DNA of 64,000 nt from the human T2T-CHM13v2.0 reference genome, Homo sapiens. The first letter of the stretch is position 1. Each line of letters opens with the position of its first letter. The notes beneath the pieces were generated by a model. That model was not told where the DNA came from, did no database searches, and saw nothing but the letters and a program-made list of their open reading frames with translations. Shown here in pieces: positions 14,470 to 28,610 of this stretch. A program made the position numbers and the translations under genes. The stretch is from NCBI RefSeq assembly GCF_009914755.1, contig NC_060930.1, one strand, 5' to 3'.

Positions 14470-14930
14470 TAGTAGGTGGAGCAAGATTTCCTTGATATCT
14501 ATTCTCCCTTTCTTCCTTTGAATAATAGAATGCTTGAGTTTAGTTGAACAAACATTTGTCCAGCTAGAGATTATATTTCTCAAACTTTCTTGCAAGTAGG
14601 TATGGGAAATTGTGTGTGTAATTCCTGGATCACACAGCTTAAAAAGGAAATTGTGCTCCATCTTCTTACTTTCTCCTTAATGATAGAAACACAGAGATTT
14701 TGTAATAATGGCCAACTTCAACCATACAGACAAGGAAAACCTACTCTGGAATGGTGGAGGGAAATGAATCTGATGCTTGGATGACTTCATGGATTAGAAC
14801 TGCCTATTTGCCCTGGACCTCTTCCCTACCTGTGGATTTTCACATGCAAGAGATATAACATTTTATTGTTTTACTTGAACCACTACTATTTTGGGTCTCT
14901 GTGACACCAGCTTAGTCTATACTTATAAAT
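14470..14930 (+). mobile_element. Old ERVL LTR (LTR33/LTR16-like)
   Basis: CCAGCTAGAGATTATATTTCTC...TTGCAAGTAGG; GATGACTTCATGG...CCCTGGAC...CCACTACTATTTTGGGTCTCTG. Confidence 0.55.
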
Positions 14931-17019
14931 GTAACCCAAAATAACTGTTCTGAGAAATTAAAATAAAAACAGTTACTAATAAGGGACTTTGCTTAACTTT
15001 CACAGTATAAATACAGCTTACCACTTCAGTCCTCATTTACTAAGGGGATAGATGATTATTTAATAGGATTGCACTTTTAATTGAGGTTATCTATTCAATG
15101 AAACAACTGAACTTTCAGGTAGGAACTAGAGTTAATATAGTAGGTGGCAGCCTATTCCTAGGATCTCTATTTAGGGGTGCATAATAGTATGTTAATGCAT
15201 TAATCTGAGCTTTCCCTAATTCTGTTTCCCAAGCCTAATATTTCACAACAGAGGTTTTCGTGTGTTTGTGTTTTTTTTTTTTTTTTTTTTTTGGAACTGT
15301 CACTCTCCAGTGGCTTCTTCTAAATTCAAAACGGACAATCTGCCTCAGGCTTCCTAGAAACCCACTGTATCATTTGGCCTAAATAACTCCAGTTTGATTT
15401 TATTTTTTTCCACACAGAATAGTGCTATAAGGCAATAAAAATTGCTTGGGGTCAAAAACAACACACTTAAAATAACTGGAAAACATGTGGAACATACAGA
15501 GGGGTCAATGTGCACCACAGGATCGTGGCCAGTTACATGTATTTAAATCATGTAAGGAAAAACTGTCATATTTGAATTCCAATGAGAAGCAGGGAGTGAC
15601 ATTATTACTAAAAACAAATCTATTATTAAGCGACTTATCTATTTTAAGCCTGGAAGAATTTCATTTTAAATTCAGATAACCATGTGAGGAACAAAATTGT
15701 GTAGTGTTTATAGAAATTCCATTGCCATATTGATATTTATTCTTTTCATTCCTTTGACAGTGTATGCTTAAATCAGATTTCATCAAAAGTATAGAAGCTT
15801 CAAAGTTTCACACCTATCTAAGGCTCTGCAACATTCATATAAAATGCATATAGGGGACTAATTGGCAGGGAAGAGAGCCGAGAGCTTGGGTGGCATTACC
15901 TTCCATGAGGAGCAGATGGCTACCCACCTGGGGAGCTGTAATATGCACTTAATTGAAAGGAAGTCAGAGTCACTCAGCAGAGATCACATTTAGAGTAAGC
16001 CATACTCATGATTTCATAGTCACTATTGTTTTACTTCTGATGTTCATTATCTTTTTTAGCTTTAAGTGTATAAATATTACATGAGAAGGCAATGATATTG
16101 CATTATTATTGCATAAGAATGCAATAGCATTGCAAAAGACTGAAAGATTTTTCATATTTTCATCTCTAGAGGATTCTGTAAAAATTCCAAAAGTCTTTTA
16201 AGAAATTAAAATAGCCAAACTGTGTGAAACATTAAATTATACACAACAGACACTTAAATACAATACTTATGAAGAAATGAATGTTCTGATTAACTGGTTT
16301 TTTGATGAATTGAATGATTATCAATCATGTCCTGATGGGAAAGGCACTGTGCCCAAATATTATTAAGCAAAAAGCAGGAGCTCAAAAAGCATAAGATTTA
16401 GTTAAGATAAATGAAAAATCATTTTTGTTTTAATTCTCACTATTAAACAATTATTTTCTAAAATCTAAGGGAAGAATTCCTTGTCTAAGTGGAGAACTTG
16501 ATTATCTGCATCATTATTAAGACTTTTCAGTGCCTCTTGGTAACCATTTTGAGGACTAATCCTCATTTGTACTGTTGGAATTCAGTTCAGTAAACACTTT
16601 GAGCCATTCCAGGTCAGGCAGGATGCCCAGCATAGAGGCTTCTGAGATGATTGGACAATTTCTGTCCTCTAGGAGCTCACAGGCTTTTGAGTCACAATCA
16701 GAGCGTCCTGATAGAAACTTTTATGCAAAGTCCTCTCCAGCATGGGTTTGATTCCTGTTATTATCTCGGCCATTCTCCAGCTTAAAATTCTTCAAGAGTA
16801 CCTCTTGCATTTCTAATAAAAGCCAAACCCTCTAGAATAATGCAATGATCAGATATTTCGTAACTGTTCTCAGGTGTATAAAAGAAAACTGGTCTTTGAG
16901 TGGTGACTGAGAGTTGATGTGAAGAAGAGTCAAGGATAAGAAGTTCTCAAAATAGGCCCAAACAAGGTATTGTTAGATATCCCCACTACAGCAATCTTGG
17001 CAGTGGAGGCAGTTTCATA

Positions 17020-17589
17020 CTGTCAGTTTTGCTGTAATGCTGCATATACACTCCTGAAAGTTATCATGCTATGCAAAACTGTGCAGCAAAAACCAGACAC
17101 GCAACACAAAAACTTCATCAGTCATACATTAAAAAGATAAGAACTTAATAAATATGCACAGTTTTATATATATTAAATGGTTTATTAATACATAAATTCT
17201 ACAATAAAATACAATTTTAAGAAAGACCTGAAATTTTCTTATTTCAAAATTAAGCAATATAAGAATAGCAACTTTAAGTTACTGTGAGATGGTAGAAGGT
17301 GGATTCTCAGAATCAGATGAAATTTGTAACGCCAGATGTGGCTCACAGCGCACATAGTGAACTGAGGTAGCTGGGGGATGTTTGAGATGGGTGACGTCTG
17401 AATTTTCATATTCTTATGCAGATGGGTTCAGCTGGGTGCAGTTTTTTGAGTTCTCCTAGTGTTTCCGGCAGAGGAATTCCCACAGAAGCAAATGTGAAAT
17501 TTGCATTATGCTTAAATTGTTCCCAAATATCTCAATTACACTGAAACAAATTCATGTTCTCAAAGCAAGCATTGTAGCAGAACTGACTA
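17020..17589 (-). mobile_element. TcMar-Tigger DNA transposon relic
   Basis: Imperfect terminal inverted repeats CTGTCAGTTTTGCTGTAATGC / GCATTGTAGCAGAACTGACTA, preceded by TA. Confidence 0.7.
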
Positions 17590-19291
17590 TTTTGTGATTT
17601 CAGGTATCTGAACAATGCAGTGAGCCACCTGCTCATGAATTTATAACATTTATTTCATAATTAGGAATGGAAGGCTGAAGATGCTAAGGCTGGCCTAGAA
17701 GAATACTTGAAATTCTTTCATATAAAGGGCAATAAGTCAATTAATGCAAAAGTGCCCCAATGGATGTCAGTACTTTGTGAAATAGGAATAGGAAACAGGA
17801 GGGCGCAGATCCCTGAAGCAGGAGATGGCAGAGCATAGCCATCAGGTGGGTGTGGCAGCAGAAGAGGAACTTGAGATGAAGAGCAGAACATGTCCTGTCA
17901 TCCTAATTGTGCGAAGATTTGTTTCTGCTTATTTTCAACCAAGTGGAAATAAAAATAACCTGCTCTCAGAGGTATTTTTGTCATCAGCAGCTGCATATAA
18001 ATGCAGCTCTGTTTTGCATGATTATAAAAATTTAGTGTGTTGTAAGATACACATCATTACAAAGAGGTCCTCTTCCCCTACCCCACAAGGATACATTAAT
18101 TGAGGTGTGCAGGACTGAGTCTGCAAAACTGCTTAAAAACATTCCCCACAGTTGCAGCCAGGAAAACATGACCTTGGTTGTCAAGAAGGAGGGGAGAATC
18201 CAGGATCTGTAACAACATATTTTAAGCTGCTTAATCCCTTCACATATAGCTATAACACCTGGCTCAATGTGATGATATGTTTCCTTTAAATACTTATCTG
18301 AATCATATTCTTTTGGAAATATATTTGAAACATGAACAGAAACCAGGGAAATTAATATTATGAGGGATAGGATGGAGTTGTATAGATTTTTTTAAAAGGA
18401 AATAAAGCAGATAAATGGCCTAAAATCATGTAAACTGGCTTTAATGTAACTACCAGATCATGTGAAGGTAAGTACAACATACACAGAAATATCATCAAAT
18501 TAGCTTATTTAAAGTTTAATTTCTTAATATACTGAACAAATACTTTTCCTTGATATCACCGTGAGCTTAGTAATTAGGCAAGATTTTTAAAAGTATCATT
18601 TAAAATCTTTACTCACTGATTTTTTAAAGAAATTACTTCTTATATCCTAAAATATAAATTGTATGTCACTACTATATACATTATGACAGATGGTAACACC
18701 AAAAAAATTAATAAGAATGTCTTTTTTTAAAAAAATTGACTTTCTACACATATTCTTTTACCCTACTTTTTCCTGATCTATTTAATATCTCTCTCTTAAA
18801 ATAGCTTCTATTTTGCTAGGAAGATCTGTTGTGCATACTTCCCATAGAAATATTTCCTAAGTTATGCTAAACCTTGAATGTAGCTATATGTACCACAGGG
18901 AAGTGAAGCAGTAGTATATTACGAGGGAACTAACATTTGCTCCAGCATTTGTGATGTAAGACTTTTTGGGATCAAAATGGGATCCACAGGCACAAGATTC
19001 CGTCAAGGAAATAAAAGTGGGTTGTTTAGTCAATATTACGTATCATTTCAGGCACAGAAAAAAAATGGTGTTTCATGCACAACGGATTTTTTATTAATAC
19101 TTTCTAAGATCTATAAAAGCAAATAAATGTAGCAATGATGTGAAATGAAAACCAACTACCCATTTAAGTCATGCTCACACCACATAGCTCGTAGTAGTTA
19201 CGATGAAAGAGCAAACCTACTCTGAGTTTTTGTAAAGCAGCCTCTAGGAATTTAAATAACCCCTGCCTGAGAAGATTAGGTGGATAAATAC

Positions 19292-19292
<1 letters not shown>

Positions 19293-19339
<47 letters not shown>
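19293..19339. repeat. (AC)n microsatellite, about 23 units
   Basis: Uninterrupted AC run. Confidence 0.98.
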
Positions 19340-19340
<1 letters not shown>

Positions 19341-20374
19341 TAACTCTATATGAAAAATAATAAATTCTTTAAATTCAGCATTCAAACCATAACTGATTGG
19401 TTGCTAAGTTATAGACACATGGATCAAGGAAGCATGAGGATTCACACATCTGAAAAGTCAATATTGAAAACAAACTAACAAAACAAACAAAAAAGAAATC
19501 TCAATGTCTTTCAAGTAACTACTGATGGTGATTGTAAGCTGTTTCCAATTCACTTTTTTTTTCTTCCTAGGATCAGGGAATAATAAATCTTAGCAACTGT
19601 TACAGTCCAAGCTGGTTGTCAGATAGATGTGGGTACTAATAGAAAGGTTAAATGCCTTGGTTTATGACATACAATGATTAATTATAGAGCTAGGATTAGA
19701 ACCCAGAAGCAATACAATTCTCTAATTTCTTTAGCATATTAAAGCCAATTTTGCTGGGCTAGACAGAGCAGTTGTGACAGTTAGCATTACATGAAATATC
19801 GGCAAGAAATTGATATTTTAAAACCCCAAACCTCACAAGGGGTAGTAAACAGACCATCAAAAGACGTGGGTTCTCTTTGCATGTCTGCCTCATGTGCTTG
19901 CAGCATAAGAAATGGGGCAACAAAATATTAATGTTGTAAAACATTTAGGGTTACACAAATAGAAGAAAAAACACTGAAATATGAAAATATATCAGATCTC
20001 TCATGATGAGGCCAGACTCCATTCCTGGTTGTCTCCTGCTGGGAGAGGGGGCTAGGATTCAGTCACATAGAATCATCTAGCAGCAGGATCCAGCTGGATA
20101 TACCGCTCTGCTGCTAAAGTGAAGACAGAGTTAGAGTCCACTCCCACTTTGTTGGCTTTTTGTTTTATTGGCTTGTGGAACATTTAAATAAAGAGAGTCA
20201 GGGATTTTCTTAAATGCAGAAGGCGCCTATGATTTCCTATTTCTAAGATCGGAGATTCCAGTGTTCCTATAGGATTCTGCAGCTGGTTGGCTGCTGAGCA
20301 GTGAAATAGTGAGCCAGGGACACACAGCTTTGCCTAACAAATGGCACCTTTTCTAGATGCATGATTCTGCCATG

Positions 20375-20735
20375 TGTTTGCACATGCTATGTCAGCACCT
20401 TGAAATGTTCACCTTCCTATGTGTCACCTATCCATTAACACTCCTACCACCACCACCAAACTTCTAAGATTGCCTGATTGCCTGGCTTAACTGTCTCCTT
20501 TTTTAGGAAACCCCCCATAACTGCTTTGGACAGAAGTAATTGCTCCCTCATTTGTGGTACCATAGAACTTTGTTCTCACCTCTATGGTAAGATTTACCTT
20601 CATGTATTGTAGTTGCTCCTTCACCTATGCCAGATGTATAGGAGCTACAGCCTCTCCACATTTGAAAGTCAAGTGCCTAGAACAGCACTTGGCTAACAGC
20701 ATGTATTAACGAGGTGTGTTGAATGAATGAATGAA
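20375..20735 (+). mobile_element. L2 3' fragment
   Basis: Ends GTGCCTAGAACAGCACTTGGC...TGTGTTGAATGAATGAATGAA. Confidence 0.7.
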
Positions 20736-21380
20736 ATTTTGCAAGGTCATTTCGGTTTAATCAACACTTATGCACTTGGTCTTATTCTCTCCATTATTAA
20801 TCTTTTAAAAAAACTTCAAAAATAGTTTTGCTGATTTAAAATTTAATTATTCTATCAGTTCACAAATACTAATTAGGCACTTATTATATGCCAGGAACTC
20901 TGGTTGGAGCAGACTGATTTTAGGGGACAGGTCATAGAAGAAATGGTAGAAAGAATAGAATTGTAGATCAGGTGCACATGGGGAACTATGGGAGGATTTT
21001 TAATAAAGAGGCAATACAATTTTACTGGTACTTTAAAAAATACTTGTTTCTAAAGGCTATACTTTCAGGAATCATTTCTATAGTTTGTTACAAGAGAAGT
21101 TTCTCTGAATGTGTAGAGCACCAGAAACCACGACGAGGACGAGAAGGCACAGCATTCTTTCCTAAATGTGAAGCCAGCTCTTGGTGTTGCTTCAACTGCC
21201 ACTTGCCATTAATGACAGTTCTTCTTTCCCACTGGGAGAATAAAAAGGAGAGAATGCAGTCCTTTATTTTATATATATACACACATATATATGTATATGT
21301 GTGTATATATATGTTTCCAACTGCTGTGTGGGGAATAGGCCATAGTGGAGGAGTGGAAAGCAGAAAGACCACTTAACATA

Positions 21381-21815
21381 TGCACTAGTTTTCTTCAACG
21401 TACCACAGTCTGAGTGGCTTAAACAAGAGAAATTTGTTGTTGCAAACTCCTGGAGGCTAGATGTCTGAGACCAAGGTGTTGGCAGAGTCGGATCCTTCTG
21501 ACAGCTCTGAGGGAGACTCTCTTCTATGCCTCTCGCCTAGCTTTCTGGTGGTTTGCAGACAATCTTAGGCATAGATGCATCACTCTGATTTCTATTTTCA
21601 TCTTCTCATGGCATTCTCTCTGTGTGCTCTTCTGTCTCTGCATCCAAAGTTTCCCTTTTTATAAGGACACCAGTCATACTGGATTAGAGCCTACCCAAAG
21701 GACCTCATCCTAATTTGACTGCAAAGGCAAAATTTCTAAATAAGGTCACATTCTGAGACACTAGGGATTGGGGCTTCCATATATCTTTTTGGAAGAATGC
21801 AATTCAACCATACCA
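21381..21815 (-). mobile_element. MLT1C-like solo LTR (ERVL-MaLR), within L2 remnants
   Basis: TACCACAGTCTGAGTGGCTTAAACAA...TGGAGGCTAG...TTTTATAAGGACACCAGTCATACTGGATTAG...AATAAGGTCACATTCTGAG. Confidence 0.8.
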
Positions 21816-22212
21816 GTATACTATGGAAATAGTAAAGTCTAAAGATAATGGATGGACCAGAGCATAAATACTGGAGACAAAGAGAAGTGGCCACTATTGG
21901 CATCATTTTGAAGGTAGAGCCAACAGATTTTGCTGATAAATTGGATGTGGGGTATAAAGAATAAAGGAAACTTAAAAAGACTTCAGGATTTGGAATCTAA
22001 ATAATTACTATTTTCTGAAATTAAGAAGACTGAGAAGAGTGTAGAGGAAAGTCAGAACTTTGTTTTTGAACATGTTAGCATGTTATCCTTGAAATCTGTT
22101 AGGATTTCTAGGCAGAGATGTTGATAAAGTGTTTTGGTACACAAGTCTGGCTTATGAAAATTTATAGCTGCAGAAGACCTAATCTCCTTAGTTCAACCAA
22201 TACTTATGATAG

Positions 22213-22536
<324 letters not shown>

Positions 22537-24564
22537 GAAGTCAGTATTTGTAAAAAGTGTTATTTAAAAAGTAAAACAAGACACCTTGCTCCAAGGCCAC
22601 TGTAACATGTAGTGAAAGCAATAGAAAAAAAAATAGCTCTCTTGATTTCCAATCCAACACCTTTTCCATTATATTACAAAGCTTTCATCAGCAATTTTTA
22701 GTTCCACATGCAGTTAGTAAACAGTGGTTGGTAGCCTAATGCAACAAAATTGTTAAAAATTACAATTCTGGACCCAGTAGTTGGGTGACAAAGGTTCCAG
22801 CTTAATACATATTCCCATATATTATCACAAAATGTATGAACATAACTAGATGGTCAAAAATATTGCAAGCTAGAGTAATTTCCGAAATTGAACAGGTTTT
22901 TTTTTCTCCTAACATATATTCAAAGCTCTAATGCAGAATCTGATGTTGAGACTATGCTACCTTGAAGCATAGAGGCTGAATGCCCCCAGAATCAGGCACT
23001 TAACTTCTCTCTGCCCACATATCAACTGGCAGCTGGCTCAGTCCTTGCTGAGTCCAAGAGAATGTTTTGTCCATTTGAAGATTTGGTTGAGATCAACTTT
23101 CTATGTTTGGCACTCTGACTAAATTTACACTTCAAGAGATTCTGAAAGATATGATCAGCATGTCGGTCTTCTGTTAGCTTTGAAGAAGGTTTGATTTTTT
23201 TTTAAGTTAAAATTAAAGTCCTTGTACTTTTCCTCTGGGTTATTTTCATTTTGCAATAGAATATTTATTTGTCAAAAATAGCTACACAGAACAATAGTAT
23301 TTATAATATATACAAACATTCTATACACTTTCAATCAAAATATGACTACAGAAATATGGAATAATCCTTATTGGCCTCTTTAAGACTATTTTAGCTACTG
23401 TATATTGATATTTTATAATGACTGCTGGGGCACTTTTTAATTAATCAGTGCAGCAGTTGATTAGCTGCAACTGTTAGAAACATTCGAGTAACTTCAAAAA
23501 CCAGAAACATGTTCTATCCATCAGGAATGTTATGCTACTAACCCACTGGAAGGTTGCTGGAGGTAATGATGTTTCTATTATGTGGCCATAGAGAAGGGAC
23601 AGCTGAGCAGCCTAAGCAAATTTCCAAAACAGAAAGGAAAGAATAGGTGTGCCATGCTCTGATATGTTGTAAATATTCATATGTGTTTAACATTCAGGGA
23701 GTAAAAACTCAGTCAAAATAGCTCTTAAATGTACTAAATGTCATCCTCTATAATTTTTCAATTAGAAAATTGATAACCAAAGGAGGGAAAAAATAAGAGG
23801 AAAAGCTAGTAGAGTCTCTTTATCCAGGGCTTTTGCATTATTTTGTTTTAAATCTTGCTAAAAATATTTTACAGATTAATTGCACACACCAAAACTAACA
23901 AAGCCTGTATTATGCACAAATGCTAATTATTAATGGATATTTTATACTGAATTCCAGTCTAATAATACAGGATATTTTGTCCTTTTCACTAAAATGCAGC
24001 AAAATAAATTTCATTAGAAGGCCTCCATGGTTACTTGCTTGTGAATGTATTCTTTTATAGACATTTACTAAGAAAAAATATTTAAAACAGATAGAAATAA
24101 TGTCATCTCTATAGTGCATATGCACCCATTACTACAGCTAGCAAAGAAACAGAGATAAACTCACTTGCAATTTTTATGTTGTACTGATCACTTCCATCAG
24201 CCAAGAATGAAAGCCACATCTTTTGTGTTTAAAGAATAAAAGGCAGTGTTATATATTACAGCACCCAGAAGGCACCTGTGGCAGGTGCAGTAATTTAAGT
24301 CATCCTAAACACTCACTAAGGCAGCTAAGGTATAGGCCAGTTGGGTGAAAATACCAAGCAAAATAGGTTTGAGTCACTTTTCTTTTTTAACAATCTTGAA
24401 AAACAGAAGAGATTTCATATCTCTCAGGTGGCTTGGTTATGACCCTAGTAGAAAGCAGGGATGGAATTCTCAAATTTCTTTCAGCCCTCCCCTTTATTCT
24501 ATGATTTAGAAATAAAATCAGAGGCGAACCTGGAGGAGTAGATACACATATTTATCAACTATAG

Positions 24565-24583
24565 TGCCCAGTAGAGGGCACTG
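24565..24583 (+). promoter_or_regulatory. Candidate CTCF core motif
   Basis: TGCCCAGTAGAGGGCACTG fits CCAS(C/T)AG(A/G)(G/T)GGC(A/G)(C/G); motif only, binding not shown. Confidence 0.5.
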
Positions 24584-26459
24584 GAAAGGCAGGACTGAAA
24601 GATAAGACTGCGCTCCTATTTTTAAATGATAAGGGTAGATCTTTTAGAAGAGAAAACCTGCAAAAACAGTTTTTCTAAGCACAAATTTATCGACAGGGTT
24701 TGATATTTATCCTTCAAATGCAATGTGAAATTGGCATTACTGCTGTTTTCAAATTTTGACTTTTTAAATTAAGATTGCTTGCCATAATGTGTTCCCTCAA
24801 TAGTCAGTAAAGGAAACCACATTTTTATAACAAGATTGCAATATTTAGTTTACATTGGTTCTTATTGATAGGGAAGCAGATATTAGATGATTTCTGGCCT
24901 TCGATATTTTCTTCTAAATTTAAACATTAAAACTGTACCACCAAATTTTTGCTGCTTTTATTTTCTGAGTGATAATATTTATTGAACATTGTCAGTACAG
25001 AACATTATTCAAATATTCTAGCCAAGATACATGCCCTAAATGTTTGTTTTAATATACGATGGTTTCTCACCATCGTATATTAAATAATTCCACTCACAGC
25101 AAATATTGAAAAATGGCCCCTTATGACAACTTTTTATTTTTGTCCTCTAACTTTATAAACTTTAGGAAGGCATACAGAAAAAGAGATATGGTAGAAAAGA
25201 TGAGAAAATGTCCTAAATGCAATTGAATTTTAAAATATTACAAAGAAAAAGGTAACCATGCTGGTTGGAGAGTGTTTTAGGTAAATGGTAGCAATAGATA
25301 ATCCAAAAAAGGGCACATCCTATGATAATTCATGCTGCCCTAAACTTTTCCTGGGATAAAGCTTACAAGCTAATGGCAACCAACATTTACCTCGTGCTGC
25401 CCTTTCCTTTTCAATGAATAAAAGGATCACACATACTGCTCCACATCCTTTGTAGATCCATTTGGCGTTACATCAAAGAGCACCCTAAAGACCAAAAAAA
25501 GGCATATGTGGATGATATTAATAAACATAACTTACTGGGTATTTTGAATTTCAATGTTTCTGCAGTTTTGCATTAATCCCCACTCAGGATTTAGTGGACA
25601 TTTGCATTTTTTTCTAATTTTATAGAATTGACAACATCTGCTACAGTTTGGAAAGGTAGAAAACAACAAACAGGGAGGATTTTTTGGCTTCTACACACCT
25701 CTTATTTGACGGAGGGCTCAATCTCTTTATTTTTTAGTTTAATTTCACCCAATTCCATATGCTTGTGGAATGCATATTATAATAAGGCTGCATCTGTCGA
25801 CCAGTTACAGCTGTGTCCGTGATGGTACTTGCTCGTAATCAATCCTCTCTCTGTTCTGTGGTGGTATGTCTCAGAAGGAAAACTGAGAACCATATGAGCT
25901 ATACCTTTGTTTGACTCACGCTGTTCTGCAAAATGATTAGTCATCATCCCAGCAGTGGCTTGGTTTCTCTAAGTCTTATTTGGAAGCTGCCAAGACGTAG
26001 TCAGATGCAAACACCGTGATATGGACACATTTAAACACAGGAGACAGGCAGCATGGCAGCAGCAACTGAACATTTTTATCTCAAGCCCTAGACAGCAAGG
26101 CAGCAGAAAAGAGCGGTTTAACTCAGGGGGACAGCAATGAAAAGTGTGGCCGTACATGAGAGCACATGCTGTAACAGGCTGACGGACAGCATTTGGCTTC
26201 TATCAGAAGACACACTCAAAAGCAAAGCAAAGACAGAAAATAAGCTTCTAATTTCCTTCCTTGAAATTAGGTCCAGCTTCTGACTACTGTTCTGTGTTGG
26301 TTGGGGTTTTGAATACATAAAAGCAGACAGGCTTTAATTCATATCTGGTAATGGGTTTTTCTTTTTTTAAAACTTCTTCAGTGTGCATGCCTCTTGCAGT
26401 CCAGCTGGAAAAAATTATTTCTATTTCTCAAATGGTAGGTTTCATGATTCCTATATAAA

Positions 26460-27060
26460 CCTTCATTCATTCATATATGCATTCCTACAAAAGTACCTAC
26501 TACGGACCAGGCCCTCTTTTGTTGCTGGGGGTATATCCTTCAGCAAAACAGATAGAAGTTCCTGACATCCTGGAGCTTACATATCAAAGCGTGGTGACGA
26601 ATATAAATCTGCATAAAATATATAACGGACTAGATGGTATGCAGGTCATGCAGCAAAATAAAATAGGAAATGACATAGGAAAAGCCAAATTGAGTTTAGG
26701 GGAGAGTCACACGTTTAAATAAAGTGTTAATGGCAGATAAGCTTGTAGCAGGTAAGGGAACAAGGCTGTGTGGTTGTGAGACTGTGTGTGTGAGCGCATG
26801 TTGGAAAAGACCACGTTCCAGATGAAAGGGCCATGGCAAAGACACTGAGTTTCATTAAGCATATTCTCTGTGTTCTTAGGTTACTCCTAACCAATGACAA
26901 TCTGAGATTTGCTCCGTTTCCTGCTTTTCTTTCTCCCTCCTTTTATTAATTTCTTTATGTAACAAGCATTTATTGAACATTTATTATGTGCACTGTAACA
27001 GTCACTGAAATAACGAAACTGAATAAAATGCAGTCTCTCAGAGGATTCACAGTTTAAATG
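26460..27060 (-). mobile_element. L2 fragments
   Basis: TTCATTCATTCA...CCTGACATCCTGGAGCTTACAT; AACAAGCATTTATTGAACATTTATTATGTG. Confidence 0.65.
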
Positions 27061-28264
27061 ACTATTCAGATAAATACCTTCATTAGTTTGTTCTTGCTTA
27101 AAGCTTTCATATAATTTGTTTCCTACCTTATTTTGAGATAATCATATGTTTTCTTCCTGCCACTCAGCATTCCTGAAAATACCTGAAATCTGGGAAAGAC
27201 ATTCTGGTCACAATTATTTTGACATGCTTAATTATCTGGAAGCCTCCTGACTACAAGATGGAGGTTAGGTCACTCTAAGGTTGTTAGACAACATAGGGAA
27301 AATCCAAAGCTTTTTTGTATATGGCTCTAGTTATAGCTTCTGCTAAATTTGCTGAGCCACGTGGGTCATTTTTCCATCCCCAATCTCTTGCCCCGCCCCC
27401 ACCCCATTCTGCCTCTCTCCTCTCAAGGCACTCAGGCCTTGTAGGCTAGTCTGTGTTTGTTCCTCCTCCCCTCTTCACCCTGGTTTTGCTTCCAGGAACT
27501 CGAATTCCTCTCACTCCACTAAGCAGAGCGTTCAGCTCCTTCTGTTTGCTATTCCCAAACTCAGCTCCAAGGCCTTATTTTGCATATCCAAGAGCTATGT
27601 AGGTTCTCAGCTAAAATAAAATGGCCTTCAACTATGTTCCTTTGTAAGGCCCCCTGAAAGGAAATTTTAATTTCAAATAAAACATTTTTTCTTTATAATA
27701 GAAAGTAACATTAATTCAGAGGTTGTTATACAATGTCAGTAAATTCCCTTCTCCTTGTGCATTTGCTGATCTTTTATCAACAAGTTCACAGCTGTTAACA
27801 ACACGGGCAAACCTTTTGAGTCAGCCTTCCCTACAGCCTTGGCACCCTTTGACCTTCTCCTTGCTGCAGTCCCCTGGGATGGTTATATTTCCCACTCTAC
27901 TGGGATCATTGCTGCTCTATGACTGCCTCAGCCGTGATTCACTATATTTACTTTGAATTGTGCAACTTTACCTACGACTGAACCTCAGAGATCACTCAGG
28001 TATGGCTCAGTGGCCTTTACAGCCAGTGACACCTCAATCTTTCTCTGAGTCCTCCTTTCCACCTCAAACCAGCGCTGTATCCCCTGTCCATGTCCTATGC
28101 CACACAGGCCTTCTGCTGTCGGTTTGCTCCTAACTGATCTGCTCCACCATTTCTGCAATGTCTCTTCAAGGTAGAAATCTGGCGCTAGTGAAAAGAACAA
28201 CAACTTGGAAAACTGAACAGGATGTTAATACTCAACTAAGACAAATGTGCAACAAATCAGAATG

Positions 28265-28328
28265 CAAAACAAAAAAAGAAAAGTGAAGAAGAAGAAGGAG
28301 AAGGAGGAGGAGCAGGAGGAAGAGGGGG
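28265..28328. repeat. GA-rich low-complexity tract (GAA/GGA)n
   Basis: Direct reading. Confidence 0.9.
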
Positions 28329-28610
28329 AGGAGGAGGAGAAAGAGGAACGATCTTTCCTATTTTCTTATGGCTCTATGACGAGGAATAACTAAAAACTTC
28401 CCTCTACTTAAATTCAGGACTCCTCCATCCAGGGGCATTGTGATTGGGTCAAGGTTGAAGGGAATACATCTGTGAATATGCTTGAGAGAAAAGAAGAGAG
28501 ATTTTTCTCACAGGATTCTCACTGCATGAGATGTGAACTACAGTCGCAAATCGGAAACTGTGTTTGCACAATCGGAACTTTAATGTATGAGGCCCAAACA
28601 GATGCAGAAA

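Noticed and set aside
17986-18008. GCTGCATATAA...GCAGCT resembling the HIV-1 LTR TATA/E-box region, with an 8-bp inverted repeat
   Set aside because: Short match expected by chance; no other retroviral context
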